Source: Spirochaetia bacterium
GTDB taxonomy: Bacteria; Spirochaetota; Spirochaetia; CADAEX01
Length of the DNA: 64,000 nt
Assembly (NCBI GenBank): GCA_963662265.2
Contig: CAXXHA010000032.1
Location: forward strand, 112,144-176,143
Direction of reading: 5' to 3'
Under the pieces are notes generated by a model. It worked only from the letters and a program-made list of their open reading frames with translations, was not told the origin of the DNA and searched no databases. Position 1 is the first letter of the stretch; each line of letters opens with the position of its first letter. Of this stretch, positions 62,675-64,000 are shown in pieces. The translations under genes were made by a program, and so were the position numbers.

Positions 62675-63451
62675 TTAAAAAATCTCTCCGCTGTATACTT
62701 CCCTGAGTTTTCCTTTTTCCTCTATAAGAAGCTGTCCGTATTCTCCAAGCCCTTTGATCAGACCTTCAATCCTTTCTGTTTTTCCCGGTATCCCTTCCCT
62801 GATTACAGCATTTTCGCCATACATATAAAGTCTTTTTTCGAGGATATCCTTCCAGTCACATTCATTAATTTCTGTGCTGAATATATCAAGAAGCTTTACA
62901 AGAAAATCAGAAGGATCTGTTTCCTTCCCGGTAAGAAGATAGAGAGAAACAGGTCTTCTTGCCCCTGAATGCTGAATCCCTGCAGCAGATTTTCCTGAAC
63001 TTGTGCTGAATTCATGAAAATCCTTCTGATTCAGGTTTATCCCGCATCCGCAGAGAATATAACGATCAGTATTTTCACAGAGAATTCCCGAAATTTTCTC
63101 ACCTTTTACCAGAACATCATTGGGCCATTTAATAGTGCTTTCTATATTATAATATTTTTCAAGACACTTCATAATGCAGAATCCCGCATAAAGAGGAAAT
63201 AGTGTCTTAAAAAAAGAGATATCTTCTTCCTTTATAAGGAGTGTAAACATGAGGCTTTCATTCTTTCCCCCAAGCCATTTCCTCCCGGCAATCCTTCCCC
63301 GCCCTTCAAGCTGTTCACCGGCTGAAACAATTGTTCCAGATAAAGGATTATTCCTGATAAGCGTCCTTGCATCATTCATTGTAGAGTCTGTAACATCTTT
63401 ATAGTAAACAACTGCCCCTTTGAAAGGGTTTGCAATATTCAGTATCTGCAA
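62675..63451 (-). CDS. birA: Biotin--protein ligase (type I, no HTH)
   Basis: TDSTM, QLEGRGR..RKW, IKWPNDV, KISGILCE, GCGINL, YSGE. Confidence 0.93.
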   Translation of the reverse strand: MQILNIANPFKGAVVYYKDVTDSTMNDARTLIRNNPLSGTIVSAGEQLEGRGRIAGRKWLGGKNESLMFTLLIKEEDISFFKTLFPLYAGFCIMKCLEKYYNIESTIKWPNDVLVKGEKISGILCENTDRYILCGCGINLNQKDFHEFSTSSGKSAAGIQHSGARRPVSLYLLTGKETDPSDFLVKLLDIFSTEINECDWKDILEKRLYMYGENAVIREGIPGKTERIEGLIKGLGEYGQLLIEEKGKLREVYSGEIF

Positions 63452-63463
63452 AAAGCACCTCTG

Positions 63464-63520
63464 ATTAATTTTACAGGGTGTTTTAAATAATTATTATTTA
63501 AAACACCCTGTAAAATTAAT
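63464..63520. repeat. 57-bp near-perfect palindrome (28-bp arms, 1-nt centre)
   Basis: attaattttacagggtgttttaaataat-t-attatttaaaacaccctgtaaaattaat. Confidence 0.92.
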
Positions 63521-63624
63521 TATAACAAAAATATTCATTTTTTACATATGATATCTTTCAGGATTATCATTGAAATAATCTTCAAGCATTCGGCTCAGCA
63601 TGAATACCCATTCCTTTCAATCAC

Positions 63625-63750
63625 ATACCCCCCCGGCAAGCTGTTGGTATTGTAAAATGAACGAGAGGAGTGGCCGCGTCTTACGCGGACATTCCCAGGA
63701 GAGTGAAGACAAGAAGGAAAGCCTCATTAGATCCGACCTGCGAATAAAAC
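63625..63750. repeat. About 115-nt dispersed intergenic element, copy B
   Basis: ggtattgtaaaatg..gaggagtggccgcgtcttacgcggacattcccaggagagtgaagacaagaagg..ttagatccgacctgcgaataaaa. Confidence 0.85.
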
Positions 63751-63780
63751 TGAAAACAAATAAAAGGGTATACTTTACAG

Positions 63781-64000
63781 CTAATACCTGCTGATAATTC
63801 CGCCGCCCAGCACTATATCGCCGCTGTAGAATACTGCAGACTGGCCTGGAGTAATAACAGCTTTCTCATCAAGTATTACAAGAACCCTGCCGTTTTCCCC
63901 TTTCCTTACCCTGCATTTCCTTATAGCGGAACTGTACCTTACCTGGACATAACACCTGAGTTCATTCTCTATAAAATACCCGCATCCAAGATCTGCTGTG
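63781..64000 (-). CDS. mnmA: tRNA 2-thiouridylase MnmA, C-terminal fragment (gene starts beyond the window)
   Basis: Manual translation: ..VQVRYSS..AVITPGQSAVFYSGDIVLGGGIISRY*; not in the ORF track. Confidence 0.85.
   Translation of the reverse strand, partial: TADLGCGYFIENELRCYVQVRYSSAIRKCRVRKGENGRVLVILDEKAVITPGQSAVFYSGDIVLGGGIISRY

Noticed and set aside
63464-63520. BirA autoregulatory operator
   Set aside because: This BirA lacks the N-terminal HTH, and the palindrome does not resemble bioO.

Overview
Low-GC bacterial chromosome segment, most consistent with an anaerobic free-living spirochaete (groEL without adjacent groES, yajC-secD-secF, FlgD-Ig/OmpA protein). Housekeeping genes include ispH, rex, two pyk, glyA, secDF/yajC, groEL, birA and the 3' end of mnmA. 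Two accessory catabolic loci stand out. (1) About 7.3-19 kb: a hydroxyproline locus with the glycyl-radical trans-4-Hyp dehydratase HypD, its activase and ProC, a Cys/Thr-type trans-3-Hyp dehydratase, an OCD-family Pyr2C reductase, a divergent fused [4Fe-4S] serine-dehydratase-like enzyme (candidate new cis-3-Hyp dehydratase), a gate-domain transporter, a YheO-type regulator with twin promoter/operator boxes, and PutP. (2) About 39.3-49.6 kb: an uncharacterised pathway of TynB/OCD-like enzyme, TRAP transporter, LarA-family racemase, MOFRL kinase, an enolase paralogue lacking the general acid, RpiR and a 2-hydroxyacid dehydrogenase. Intergenic DNA carries at least two dispersed repeat families (one amplified as a 77-bp tandem array) and a 57-bp near-perfect palindrome. 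Several genes, including groEL, have +1 homopolymer frameshifts that look like sequencing errors. All functional calls come from motif reading by eye; no searches were run.
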